Both the position numbers and the translations under genes were made by a program. From assembly GCA_964016885.1 (NCBI GenBank), contig OZ024764.1:1116001-1180000 (forward strand): DNA of 64,000 bases, read 5' to 3'. A model generated the notes under the pieces. It did not search any database and was not told the DNA's origin. It saw only the letters and a program-made list of their open reading frames with translations. This document shows positions 45,691 through 59,258 of the stretch, one piece after another; positions within the stretch are counted from its first letter, which is position 1, and each line of letters starts with the position of its first letter. The stretch is from Eledone cirrhosa (Eukaryota).

Positions 45691-46352
45691 CAAGGGTACA
45701 TTACTGGTACTTTATTTTATCGACCCAAAATTGCTGGCCTTGTGCCTCAAGTAGAAATAATTGTTTCTACTTTTGGCACAAGACCAGCAATTACCCCAGT
45801 GTATTACTGGTGCTTTATTTTATCGACCCCATAAGGATGAAAAGCAAAGTTAAACTCGACGGGAAGTAGAAATAATAATTGTTTTTACTTTAGGCACAAG
45901 GCCAGCAATTACCCCAGTGCATTACTGGTACTTTATTTTATCGACCCCGTAAGGATGAAAGACAAAGTCAACCTCGGCGGGATTTGAACTCGGATCGTAA
46001 AGGGACGATATATATAAATGAAAGGTATAGAAAGTATGTAGAAATCAAGCCAGAATCAGTTCCCGTCCCACCCTTGCAAGCAGGGAAAAGTGGACGTAAA
46101 ATGAAATGATGAATGATGAAATGATGATATATATATATATATATATATATATAATTGGAAATTTAGTATAATCGAATCTCTGGCGGATTGCAAGCAAATT
46201 CGGCCTACTTATATGAAATGATGAGTTAGCAAAGCACTCAATAAGTTAGGTCCTTAGAGTAATAACATACGTTTAACTAGCTTGACAAATCGAACATTGT
46301 GGTAGGCATAATCTAACACACAATAATATACCAAAGAACTAACAGGTTGAGA

Positions 46353-46379
<27 letters not shown>

Positions 46380-46383
<4 letters not shown>

Positions 46384-46884
46384 CGCGGAGTGGGGAGACC
46401 CAAGATGACCTGGGATGAGGTGATAAAAGCCGACCTTACCCAATTACACCTCTCAAAGGCGATGACACACGACCGTGACCTCTGGTGTCACGCAGTAATA
46501 CAGAGTACCCGACCTCCCATGGGTACAAGCTGAAGCATATAGACAATATGGCCCCACACCCCCCACTGCAAGGTGGTCGTGGAGGTGCCACGGCATAAAA
46601 GCACCCAGTACTCACTGTAAAGTGGTCGTGGAGGTGCCACGGCAAAAAAGCACCCAGTACTCACTGTAAAGTGGTCGTGGAGGTGCCACGGCAAAAAAGC
46701 ACCCAGCACTCACTGTAAATGAGGTTGGTGTTAGGAAGGGCAACCAGCTGTAGAAATCAAGCCAAATCAGTTCCTGTATGAGCAAGGCATGGTCAGCCGA
46801 CCAGACACTGCCCACAACAGGACAACCCGTCTAACCCATGCTAGCATGGAAGAACGGACGTAAAACGGTGATGATGATGATGAT
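46380..46884 (+). mobile_element. RTE 3' end followed by 49-bp units and the SINE-A-type tail
   Basis: GRPKMTWDEVIKADL..DRDLW, then 3 units and GGAAGGGCAACCAGCTGTAGAAA..(GAT)n. Confidence 0.75.
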
Positions 46885-46992
46885 AGTGAAAATAATTGAA
46901 GTAAGATTTGCAGCATGTGTAGAAACTTTATTTGGTTATTAAAATTGTTTCAATATTGATCAGTTCGGGGATGATTGAAGCACGATTATTCC

Positions 46993-47335
46993 TCATCATC
47001 ATCATCATTTCATTTTACGTCCACTTTTCCCTGCTTGCAAGGGTGGGACGGGAACTGATTCTGGCTTGATTTCTACAGCTGGATGCCCTTCCTAACACCA
47101 ACCTCATTTACAGTGAGTGCTGGGTGCTTTTTTGCCGTGGCACCTCCACGACCACTTTGCAGTGGAATGATAGGGACCCCAGTCCCTATCATCTCATTTC
47201 TACAGCTGAGTAAACTGGAGCAATGTGAAATAAAGTGTCTTGCTCAAGGAAACAACACATCACCCGGTCCGAGAATTGAACTCACAACCTTTCGATTGCA
47301 AGGCCAATGCTCTAACCACTAAGCCATGTGCCTCC
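46993..47335 (-). mobile_element. SINE family A, full-length
   Basis: Reverse complement of the 15148-15493 copy. Confidence 0.9.
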
Positions 47336-47800
47336 ATCATTCTTATATATATATATATGATGGCTGCAAACTCTAAGAGTATTGCAATCGCTGGTCAGAT
47401 TATAGAGTTTAGTGCACTTTTAGGCTACGGCCAGCCACACAAACCTGTAACATATCCTGAACAAGCAATGCATGTGCTTTGAAGGTTTTTTAAGTGGGGA
47501 AAGGCCTTGCACTCGGCCCATCCCACTCTCTGAGCATCAAAAACACTGCCCGAAAAGGAGAACTGGTCAACATCATCGGATGCTTCTGAAGCAGCAGGTT
47601 TTTTTTTTCAGAGTTTCCCCTCTCCTAGAAAGGTGTTGTGACAACAAAGTAAGAATATGAATTCAGAGTAGGGTTAACTGAAAGGGATTTGTCCCTCTCA
47701 GATTTGGTGGGTGGGTGGGGACACAGAGCATAAAGTAACTTTGTAATGTGAACTGGCCTTATCATCATCATCATCATCATTGTCGTTTTCATGTCTGCTT

Positions 47801-49889
47801 CCAATGTTTGGAGAGTCTACCAAGTCAGTACTGAAGTGAGGCTACCAATGTCTGGAGAGTCTACCAAGTTAGTACAGAAGTGAGGCTACCAATGTTTGGA
47901 GAGTCTACCAAGTCAGTACTGAAGTGAGGCTACCAATGTCTGGAGAGTCTACCAAGTTAGTACTGAAGTGAGGCTACCAATGTCTGGAGGGTCTACCTAG
48001 TCAGTACTGAAGTGAGGCTACCAATGTTTGGAGGGTCTACCAAGTTAGTACTGAAGTGAGGCTACCAATGTCTGGAGGGTCTACCAAGTCAGTACTGAAG
48101 TGAGGCTACCAATGTTTGGAGAGTCTACCAAGTCAGTACTGAAGTGAGGCTACCAATGTTTGGAGAGTCTACCAAGTCAGTACTGAAGTGAGGCTACCAA
48201 TGTTTGGAGACTCTACCAAGTCAGTACGGAAGTGAGGCTACCAATGTTTGGAGAGTCTACCAAGTCAGTACTGAAGTGAGGCTACCAATGTTTGGAGACT
48301 CTACCAAGTCAGTACTGAAGTGAGGCTACCAATGTTTGGAGGGTCTACCAAGTTAGTACTGAAGTGAGGCTACCAATGTCTGGAGGGTCTACCAAGTCAG
48401 TACTGAAGTGAGGCTACCAATGTTTGGAGAGTCTACCAAGTCAGTACTGAAGTGAGGCTACCAATGTTTGGAGAGTCTACCAAGTCAGTACTGAAGTGAG
48501 GCTACCAATGTTTGGAGAGTCTACCAAGTCAGTACTGAAGTGAGGCTACCAATGTTTGGAGAGTCTACCAAGTCAGTACTGAAGTGAGGCTACCAATGTC
48601 TGGAGAGTCTACCAAGTCAGTACTGAAGTGAGGCTACCAATGTTTGGAGAGTCTACCAAGTCAGTACTGAAGTGAGGCTACCAATGTTTGGAGAGTCTAC
48701 CAAGTCAGTACAGAAGTGAGGCTACCAATGTTTGGAGAGTCTACCAAGTCAGTACTGAAGTGAGGCTACCAATGTTTGGAGAGTCTACCAAGTCAGTACT
48801 GAAGTGAGGCTACCAATGTTTGGAGAGTCTACCAAGTCAGTACTGAAGTGAGGCTACCAATGTTTGGAGGGTCTTCCAAGTCAGTACAGAAGTGAGGCTA
48901 CCAATGTTTGGAGAGTCTACCAAGTCAGTACTGAAGTGAGGCTACCAATGTTTGGAGAGTCTACCAAGTCAGTACTGAAGTGAGGCTACCAATGTTTGGA
49001 GGCTCTACCAAGTCAGTACTGAAGTGAGGCTACCAATGTTTGGAGAGTCTACCTAGTCAGTACTGAAGTGAGGCTACCAATGTTTGGAGAGTCTACCAAG
49101 TCAGTACTGAAGTGAGGCTACCAATGTTTGGAGAGTCTACCAAGTCAGTACTGAAGTGAGGCTACCAATGTTTGGAGGGTCTACCAAGTCAGTACTGAAG
49201 TGAGGCTACCAATGTTTGGAGGGTCTACCAAGTCAGTGCTGAAGTGAGGCTACCAATGTTTGGAGGGTCTACCAAGTCAGTACTGAAGTGAGGCTACCAA
49301 TGTTTGGAGAGTCTACCAAGTCAGTACTGAAGTGAGGCTACCAATATTTGGAGAGTCTACCAAGTCAGTACAGAAGTGAGGCTACCAATGTTTGGAGAGT
49401 CTACCAAGTCAGTACAGAAGTGAGGCTACCAATGTTTGGAGAGTCTACCAAGTCAGTACTGAAGTGAGGCTACCAATGTTTGGAGAGTCTACCAAGTCAG
49501 TACTGAAGTGAGGCTACCAATGTTTGGAGGGTCTACCAAGTCAGTACTGAAGTGAGGCTACCAATGTTTGGAGAGTCTACCAAGTCAGTACTGAAGTGAG
49601 GCTACCAATATTTGGAGAGTCTACCAAGTCAGTACAGAAGTGAGGCTACCAATGTTTGGAGAGTCTACCAAGTCAGTACAGAAGTGAGGCTACCAATGTT
49701 TGGAGAGTCTACCAAGTCAGTACTGAAGTGAGGCTACCAATGTTTGGAGAGTCTACCAAGTCAGTACTGAAGTGAGGCTACCAATGTTTGGAGAGTCTAC
49801 CAAGTCAGTACTGAAGTGAGGCTACCAATGTTTGGAGGGTCTACCAAGTCAGTACTGAAGTGAGGCTACCAATGTTTGGAGGGTCTACA
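47801..49889. repeat. 44-bp minisatellite, 47 units plus a partial
   Basis: Unit ccaatgtttggagagtctaccaagtcagtactgaagtgaggcta. Confidence 0.97.
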
Positions 49890-50079
49890 AGTTTCAACTA
49901 TAAGATGTGAACCTTTACTACTGAGGGGTAAACAGTGACACTGCCTGCCTAACACTTGTTGTACACCACTTACCATAACTCTAGCAACCCACCACATTTA
50001 TTTCTACTGAATCTCATGTTTATTAAGTTTAACGTAGAGATTATAGTAATATCAATGTCTTGCTGTAGCTTATAGTGAG

Positions 50080-50652
50080 GGTTACCATAAGGTAGGTTAC
50101 TGTAGGGTAGGTTACTGTAGGGTAGGGTACCACAGGTTAGGTTACCTTAGGGTATGATACCATAGGGTAGGGTACCATAGAGTAGGTTACCTTAGGGTAG
50201 GTTACTGTAGGGTAGGTTACCATAGGTTAGGTTACCACAGGTTAGGTTACCACAGGTTAGGTTACCATAGTGTGGGTTACCATAGGGTAGGTTACCTTAG
50301 GGTAGGGTACTGTAGGGTAGGTTACCATAGTGTAGGTTACCATAGGGTAGGTTACCATAGTGTAGGTTACCATAGTGTAGGTTGCCATAGGTTAGGTTAC
50401 CATAAGTTAGGTTACCATAGGGTAGGTTGCCATAGGTTAGGTTACCATAGTGTAGGTTGCCATAGGTTAGGTTACCATATGGTAGGTTACCATAGGGTAG
50501 GTTACCATAAGGTAGGTTACTGCATGTTAGGTTAGCATAGTGTAGGTTACCATAGCATAGGTTACCATTGGGTAGGTTACCATAGAGTAGGTTACCTTAG
50601 GGTAATTTACCATAGATTGGGTTACCATAGAGTAAGTTACCATGGGGTAGGA
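50080..50652. repeat. 15-bp G-rich minisatellite (catagggtaggttac)
   Basis: About 38 degenerate units. Confidence 0.9.
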
Positions 50653-50654
50653 TT

Positions 50655-51508
50655 GGACTGAGTTCTTTGTTGTGACACCTCCATGACCACTTTACAGAGT
50701 GGACTGGGTGCTTTTTGTCATGACACCTACATGAGCACTTTACAGTGTGGACTGGGTGTAGTTTGTTGTGACACCTACATGACCACTTTACAGTGTGGAC
50801 TGGGTACTTTTGTTGTGACACCTACATGACCACTTTACAGTGTGGACTGGGTACTTTTTGTTGTAACACCTACATGACCACTTTACAGTGTGGACTGGGT
50901 ACTTTTTGTTGTGACACCTACATGACCACTTTACAGTGTGGACTGGGTGTTGTTTGTTGTGACACTGACATGACCACTATACAGTGTGGACTGGGTACTT
51001 TTTGTTGTGACACCTACATGACCACTTTACAGTGTGGACTGGGTACTTTTTGTTGAGACACCTACATGACCACTTTACAGTGTGGACTGGCTGTTGTTTG
51101 TTGTGACGCCTACATGACCACTTTACAGTGTGGACTGGGTACTTTTTGTTGAGACACCTACATGATCACTTTACAGTGTGGACTGGGTGTTGTTTGTTGT
51201 GACACCTACATGACCACTTTACAGTGGACTGGGTACTTTTTGTTGTGACACCTACATGACCACTTTACAGTGTGGACTGGGTACTTTTTGTTGTGACACC
51301 TACATGACCACTTTACAGTGTGGACTGGGTACTTTTTGTTGTGACACCTACATGACCACTTTACAGTGTGGACTGGGTACTTTTGTTGTGACACCTACAT
51401 GACCACTTTACAGTGTGGACTGGGTACTTTTTATTGTGACACCTACATGACCACTTTACAGTGTGGACTGGGTACTTTTTGTTGTGACACCTACATGACC
51501 ACTTTACA
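50655..51508 (-). repeat. 48-bp tandem array (~18 units), same unit as 1-580
   Basis: Identical consensus unit. Confidence 0.93.
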
Positions 51509-52021
51509 GGGTGGAGTTTAGGGAGCTGCTTCCTCTGTTGACAAAGAAGGGTTTCTCCCTGCGTACGAAAGGATGGTTATATGGTGCCTGTGTGAGGAGC
51601 GCGATGCTGCATGGTAGTGAGACATGGGCAGCAACTGCGGAGGATATGTGACGGCTGGAGAGAAATGAGACAAGCATGCTCCATTGGATGTGTAATGTCA
51701 ATGTGCGTGAACGACCCAGCATAGATGTGTTGAGAGAGAAACTGTGTATAAGAGGGATAAGTTGTAGTGTGAGGGAGAGAAGACAGATGGTATGGACATG
51801 TGATGCACTTGGAGGATGACCGATGGGTAAAGAAATCCCAGTGGAAGGAAGACGCAGTAGAGGAAGACCATGAAAAACATAGGCAGAGGTGGTGAGAGCT
51901 GACCTCAGATCACTGAAACTCACGGTGGAGATGACGAAGGACCGTGACAAGTGGAGAGATGCTGTGCTGAATAGGACCCGTCCCTTGCAAGCAGGGAAAA
52001 GCAGACGTATGATGATGATGA
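51509..52021 (+). mobile_element. Decayed RTE LINE 3' fragment
   Basis: FRELLPLLT..GFSL..KG.LY.ACVRSAMLHGSETW..DRDKWRDAVL, then (GAT)n. Confidence 0.8.
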
Positions 52022-53435
52022 TATATATAATATTAATTGTTTCTACTTTAGGCACAAGGCCAGCAATTACCCAGTGCATTACTGGTACTTTATTTTATCG
52101 ACCCCGTAAGGATGAAAGGCAAAGTCAACCTCGGCGGGATTTGAACTCAGATGATATATATAATATTAATGACAATCAAAAAGTGTTTGTATGTCAGCTC
52201 TGTAGTGTACTTGGTACTTTACATTGAGCTATTTTCATACTTGTAATTGGGTAATATTTATTATTACCCACACTTGTCTCATGGTTGGATCATCGGCAAC
52301 TAAACCAGCAACCCCACCAAGCTAGCTTGGTGAGGGGGGGGGGTGATATTTGGACACTTTACGGGATGAAATACAAGACCCAGCAAAGCGAGAAGAACTC
52401 AGCAGAGTCAACAGCCATCCAAATACTACTTTTTTTTTTCTTTTCACCTGGGAGTGAAAGGCCCCAGTTGTTGTCACAACACCTTTCTAGGAGACGGAAA
52501 CTCTGAAAAAAACCTGCTGCTTCGAAAGCATCCAAGGATGTTGACCAGTTCTCCTTTTCAGTTTGTGTGGCTGGCCATAGCCTAAAAGTACACCATTTTC
52601 TGTAATCTGACAAGCGATTGCAATACTCTTACCAGAGTTTGCAGCCTACTATACATATTTGTATATAGCTGCAATTATATATATATATAAATATATAGTT
52701 TTAATATAGAAGAGCTTCTACAGGACTAGAACTGTTTCATTCGTGAGAAATCATCAGGAAGCTGGCTGTCCAAGTAAGTGGTGTTATTTATATATTTTCT
52801 TTTCTGGGGATTAGGGTGGGTGGAGGTCATTGGTTGAAGGATTTAAAGAAAGGGGAGTTCATTAAAAGCTAATTTTTTAAAGCTATAATATTAACAAAGG
52901 AACCCTTTCTACCTTTGTCACACTTATTTCAGCCTTAAAGAATTAGCTTCTAAAGAATTTCCCTTTTCTTTAAACCATTGAACCCCACCCATCCTGTAGA
53001 CACCTGTCTTACAGGCATTGTTAGTCTAAGTGACAAAAACTAAAAACAAAACAAAAAACTCAAAGACATTTTGGAGGATGATCAAAGTGTTTGTTTTTTT
53101 TTCAAAAAACATTTTTTTTATTTTTAGTTATTTACATAAATTACAACAAATACAAACAAACGAAAAAAAAAACATGATTTTTTTTTTTTTTTTTTTGCAA
53201 AGTTTGAAGAAAAAAACAACTTCCCAAGAAAAAAAAATGCATCAGTGCTCCAGCCTGGCCTCAGCCTATCAGCTAGCACACTTTATATAGATAATTTTTG
53301 GTTTAATAAATAGTTTGTTTTTTTTATATATTTTTTCTGAAATTTACATAAAACAACAACCACATAACAACAACAACCAGAACAACAATAACCACAGTAA
53401 CAACAACAACACAATAAAAAAAAGAAAAAAGATGA

Positions 53436-53887
53436 TGTCCGAAAACTAATTCTTGGTTTTTTATGTTTTCAATTATATAATTCATGCATTACAAGTGGGA
53501 CACTTGTAATAAATAATTCTATAAAAATGTTATTCCCATAACTAATTCTTGATTTGCTTGTTTTTAATATTAATATTCGAGCATTACTTTTGGGACACTG
53601 AATCGACACCTCCCAAAACTACGTCCCAAAGCTAAATCTCAATTTTGGTGATTTCTGTTATAAAATTCAGGCATTACTTTTGGGACACCAATAGTTTTTT
53701 TTTTGTTTTTTTTCTAAACTTCTGAAATTTATTGTCCCAAAACTAATTCCCAATTTGCATGCTTTCAATAATAAAATCCAGGCATTATTTTTGGGACAGA
53801 AAAATAAAAATCCGAGATTATGTCCCAAAATTAATTCCCAATTTACATGTTCTTCAGTTACAACATTAAGGCATTACTTTTGGGACA
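53436..53887. repeat. Five degenerate 66-67-nt inverted-repeat units
   Basis: Each unit reads TGTCCCAAAA.TAAT..ATTA.TTTTGGGACA (53436-53502, 53532-53597, 53622-53687, 53733-53798, 53821-53887). Confidence 0.8.
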
Positions 53888-54184
53888 TTCTGTATTTTCA
53901 AAAAAAAGAAAATAAATAAAATAAAAATGATAATAGTAATAACAATAATAATAGTTTCTGATTTAGACACAGTGAAGTACTCAATAAGGCTCTCCTGATG
54001 ATTTATTTTGAATGAAACAGCTCTAGTCCTGTAGAAGCCATTTCTATTAATATATATATATACATATATACACACACATATAAATATATGTATATATATG
54101 TATATATATATATATATTATGTATATATATATATATATATATTATGTATATGTATATGTAAATATATATATATGTAAATATATG

Positions 54185-54235
<51 letters not shown>

Positions 54236-54969
54236 GCATGTATGCATATATATATATAAACATCTATATGAGGCAATGGGAAAATATGAAAATATGAGAT
54301 GTAGTCTTCCCCTATGTAAATAACTATAATAATAGTCAACTCTTATTTCTACTGATCAATTATAATTATAATAATTTGCATTTGGAATGACTACATTTCA
54401 TATATATATATATATATACACACAAATATATAAATATATAAATATATAAATATATATATTTATATTATATATATTTATATATATATGTATGTTTATGTAT
54501 ATATATATAAATATATATATATATGTATATACATAAACATATACATATATATATATATATATAAACATATATATGTATGTATATACGATATACTGGTGAC
54601 ATGTGCTTACAAGGGTTTTATTACAGTTAAACCAGGATAAAGTCCTTTATTCTGAGTCCTCAGGGTTCAGGGGTTTAGGTTGGGATGAGAGACAGACATT
54701 TCTTTTAACCTTTCCTGGGTTTCAAAACTCTTAGATATACATATATGTCGACACAGAACCTGGAAATGTCCAGCCCCATGAAGGACCGTGGTTGAATGTG
54801 TGTCCCTTGTCCTGCAAGAAAACCCCACATCCTGGTCCCCACTGCCACCACCTTTCTCAGAAAACAACAACAACAATAACTACTACAACAGAACAGATAG
54901 TGCAGGCTGGCACACTTTGAGACATAGTTGTGTTGGGTTACAGATGACCTAGGGCTGAACAACAAGGAA

Positions 54970-55230
54970 GAACACATTAGATAATGTAGTCCTAGATACA
55001 CTGTGTCTGTATATAAGACAGGACACATTAGATAGTGTAGTCCGAGGTAGACTGTGTCTGTATATAAGACAGGACACATTAGATAATGTAGTCCTAGGTA
55101 CACTGTGTCTGTATATAAGACAGGACACATTAGATAATGTAATCCTAGATACACTTACACTGTGTCTGTATATAAGACAGGACACATTAGATAATGTAGT
55201 CCTAGGTACACTGTCTGTATATAAGACAGG
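54970..55230. repeat. 51-bp tandem repeat, ~5 units
   Basis: Unit ggacacattagataatgtagtcctaggtacactgtgtctgtatataagaca. Confidence 0.88.
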
Positions 55231-55664
55231 ATGGTCACAGCTGGAACATCTTTGATCATAGGTCTACTGGATCATGACTGACCTGGGGTTAAATAACAAC
55301 AGCCACAACAGTAACAACAACAACAGCAACAACAACAACAGTCACAACAACAACAACAGCAACAACAGCCACAACATCAACAATAACAACAGCCACAACA
55401 ACAGTAACAAAAACATTGACAGCAACAACAGCCACAACAACAACATATAAACAAAGCTCTATGAGCAAAAGGGGGAGTTACTCTGTACAGTTACTCAACC
55501 TGCAAGAACTAGTAACAAAGCCTCAATTAAATCAACCCCTGATCCTCCCCTATCCTGATAGGGGACTTTACAGAGAGGAGGGACAGTAGAAACATTAAGT
55601 GGGGGACATAATATACACAAGAGAGAAACTAGACAAACTATACTTGATACATTTTACAGGATGG

Positions 55665-58215
55665 AAAGACATTAAATGAAGACATTACAGTGACAAGGGT
55701 ACATTAGACAGAACAATTATAGATAGGGGGCTTTACAGAAAGGAGGGACATTAAATGAAGATATTACAGGGACGTTGGTGCGTAGACTGAACAATTATAG
55801 ATAGGGGGCTTTACAGAAAGGAGGGACATTAAATGAAGATATTACAGGGACGTTGGTGCGTAGACAGAACAATTATAGATAGGGGGCTTTACAGAAAGGA
55901 GGGACATTAAATGAAGACATTACAGGAACAGAAAGGAGGGACATTAAATGAAGACATTACAGGAACAGGGGTACATTAAATGAAGACATTACAGGAACAG
56001 GGGTACATTAGACAGAACAATTATAGAGAGGGGGCTTTACAGAAAGAAGGGACATTAAATGAAGACATTACAGTGACAGGGGTACGTTAGACAGGACAAT
56101 TATAGATAGGGGGCTTTACAGAAAGAAGGGACATTAAATGAAGATATTACAGGAACAGGGGTACGTTAGACAGAACAATTATAGATAAGGGGCTTTACAG
56201 AAATAAGGGACATTAAATGAAGACATTACAGGAACAGGGGTACCTTAGACAGAACAATTATAGATAGGGGGCTTTACAGAAAGGAGGGACATTAAATGAA
56301 GATATTACAGGAACAGGGGTACGTTAGATAGAACAATTATAGATAGGGGGCTTTACAGAAAGGAGGGACATTAAATGAAGACATTACAACGACAAGGGTA
56401 CATTAGACAGAACAATTATAGATAGGGGGCTTTACAGAAAGAAGGGACATTAAATGAAGATATTACAGGAACAGGAGTACGTTAGGCAGAACAATTATAG
56501 ATAGGGGGCTTTACAGAAAGAAGGGACATTAAATGAAGACATTACAGGAACAGGAGTACATTAGACAGAACAATTATAGATAGGGGGCTTTACAGAAAGA
56601 AGGGACATTAAATGAAGACATTACAGCAACGAGGGTACATTAGACAGAACAATTATAGATAGGGGGCTTTACAGAAAGAAGGGACATTAAATGAAGACAT
56701 TACAGTGACAGGGGTACGTTAGACAGGACAATTATAGATAGGGGGTTTTACAGAAAGAAGGGACATTAAATGAAGATATTACAGGAACAGGGATACGTTA
56801 GACAGAACAATTATAGATAGGGGGCTTTACAGAAAGAAGGGACATTAAATGAAGACATTACAGGAACAGGGGTACATTAAATGAAGACATTACAGGAACA
56901 GGGGTACATTAGACAGAACAATTATAGAGAGGGGGCTTTACAGAAAGAAGGGAATTAAATGAAGACATTACAATTACAGGGGTACGTTAGACAGGACAAT
57001 TATAGATAGGGCGCTTTACAGAAAGAAGGGACATTAAATGAAGATATTACAGGAACAGGGGTACGTTAGACAGAACAATTATAGATAAGGGGCTTTACAG
57101 AAATAAGGAACATTAAATGAAGACATTACAGGAACAGGGGTACATTAGACAGAACAATTATAGATAGTGGGCTTTACAGAACGAAGGGACACTAAATGAA
57201 GACATTACAGGAACAGGGGTACATTAGACAGAACAATTATAGATAGGGGGCTTTACAGAAAGAAGGGACATTAAATGAAGACATTACAGGAACAGGGGTA
57301 CGTTAGACAGAACAATTATAGATAGGGGGCTTTACAGAAAGAAGGGACATTAAATGAAGACATTACAGGAACAGGGGTACGTTAGACAGAACAATTATAG
57401 ATAGGGGGCTTTACAGAAAGAAGGGACATTAAATGAAGACATTACAGGAACAGGGGTACATTAGACAGAACAATTATAGATAGGGGTCTTTACAGAAAGA
57501 AGAGACATTAAATGAAGACATTACAGCGACAAGGGTACATTAGACAGAACAATTATAGATAAGGGGCTTTACAGAAAGAAGGGGCATTAAATGAAGACAT
57601 TACAGGAACAGGGGTACATTAGACAGAACAATTATAGATAGGGGGCTTTACAGAAAGAAGGGACATTAAATGAAGACATTACAGCGACATGGGTACATTA
57701 GACAGAACAATTATAGATAGGGGGCTTTACAGAAAGAAGGGACATTAAATGAAGACATTACAGGAACAGGGGTACGTTAGACAGAACAATTATAGATAGT
57801 GGGCTTTACAGAAAGGGACATTAAATGAAGACATTACAGGAACAGGGGTACGTTAGACAGAACAATTATAGATAGGGGGCTTTACAGAAAGAAGGGACAT
57901 TAAATGAAGACATTACAGGAACAGGGGTACATTAGACAGAACAATTATAGATAGGGGGCTTTACAGAAAGAAGGGACATTAAATGAAGACATTACAAGAA
58001 CAGGGGTATGTTAGACAGAACAATTATAGATAGGGGACTTTACAGAAAGAAGGGACATTAAATAAAGACATTACAGGAACAGGGGTACATTAGACAGAAC
58101 AATTATAGATAGGGGGCTTTACAGAACGAAGGGACATTAAATGAAGACATTACAGTGATAGGGGTACATTAGACAGGAAAATGACACATAAGGGGTCTTT
58201 ATAGAATGGAGGGAC
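55665..58215. repeat. 79-bp purine-rich satellite, ~32 units
   Basis: Unit ggacattaaatgaagacattacaggaacaggggtacattagacagaacaattatagatagggggctttacagaaagaag. Confidence 0.96.
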
Positions 58216-58791
58216 AACACATGAAACAGATTACAGACAGGTCACAGGAGGGGAATGTCATATCATCGTCGTCGTTGTTGTTGTTGTTGTTAATGTCTGC
58301 TTTCCTTGCCAGCAAGGATTGGATGGGTCTACATAGACCAAGTAAGTGCTGAATTGGTGACTACTGATCTCCCAGGCAGTGTGAGGTGTCTGTGTCTCTC
58401 TTATGTACGGTCCCATGTTGTGCAGAGTGCACATGAGAGGTTCTTATGCCTTTAAATAAATCTAAACGTGTCTTTGGTTCCCCCACCCCAAATTGTTGCC
58501 TTTGTGCCTAAACCAGAAACCATTATTGTTATTACCATTATAATTCTATGCGTATGAGAGTGAGTGTGTGAACAAAAACAACATATTGTAAATGAGGAGT
58601 CAAACACATCCTTCAACAATTGAAAATGTTTTTTTTTTTAAATGAAAATAAAAATAAAAACAAAGAAAAAAAGAGAAAAACAAACAAAACAAAACCAAAA
58701 AAAAAAAGAAAAAAGAAAAAAAAAGACAAAAAATAAAACTCAGTATTGAAAAAAAAAATTAATGGGTTTGTTATCCAGCAGGTTTAATTAA

Positions 58792-58962
58792 CCCTTTAGC
58801 ATTTAAATTGGCCTTAAAATGGAGACTCATACTTATGTTAAGGTATTGTTCTCAAAATATATAACATCAAAATCTCATAGATTCGATATAATGTGAGATT
58901 TTATGTGAGGTAAAGCCATTACTATGAAAATACAATAGTATATATAGAGTAATGTTATAGGG
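58792..58962 (-). mobile_element. piggyBac-like MITE with TTAA target-site duplication
   Basis: TTAA|CCCTTTAGCATT ... AATGTTATAGGG|TTAA; the interior matches both 27757-27830 and 30130-30273. Confidence 0.75.
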
Positions 58963-59221
58963 TTAACAGATGAATTGAGTTCCAGGTCGTTTCCAGTGTA
59001 AACCAGTTTATACCAGTAACAGGAGGCTGGAATGTTTTAAGAGTGTTAGTGACTTTCATTCAATTCTGGTTTTGTTTGAGAGTAATTGCTGGGGTTTGTT
59101 GTTGTGGTAGTTTGTGCTGTTGAAGTTAAAATATAGTGTTTTTCTTTTTTATTTCACCTCGTTTAGGATTTATAGTTAATATATAATTACAATATTTTCA
59201 AAATATATCATCACCATCATC

Positions 59222-59258
<37 letters not shown>

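Noticed and set aside
50080-50652. Telomere-like TTAGG/TAGGG repeats
   Set aside because: The periodicity is 15 bp with interspersed TTACCA; not a (TTAGGG)n or (TTAGG)n tract.
53000-53430. Possible 3' UTR end of a minus-strand gene
   Set aside because: Only compositional resemblance (U-rich on the minus strand); no coding exon for such a gene was found in the window.
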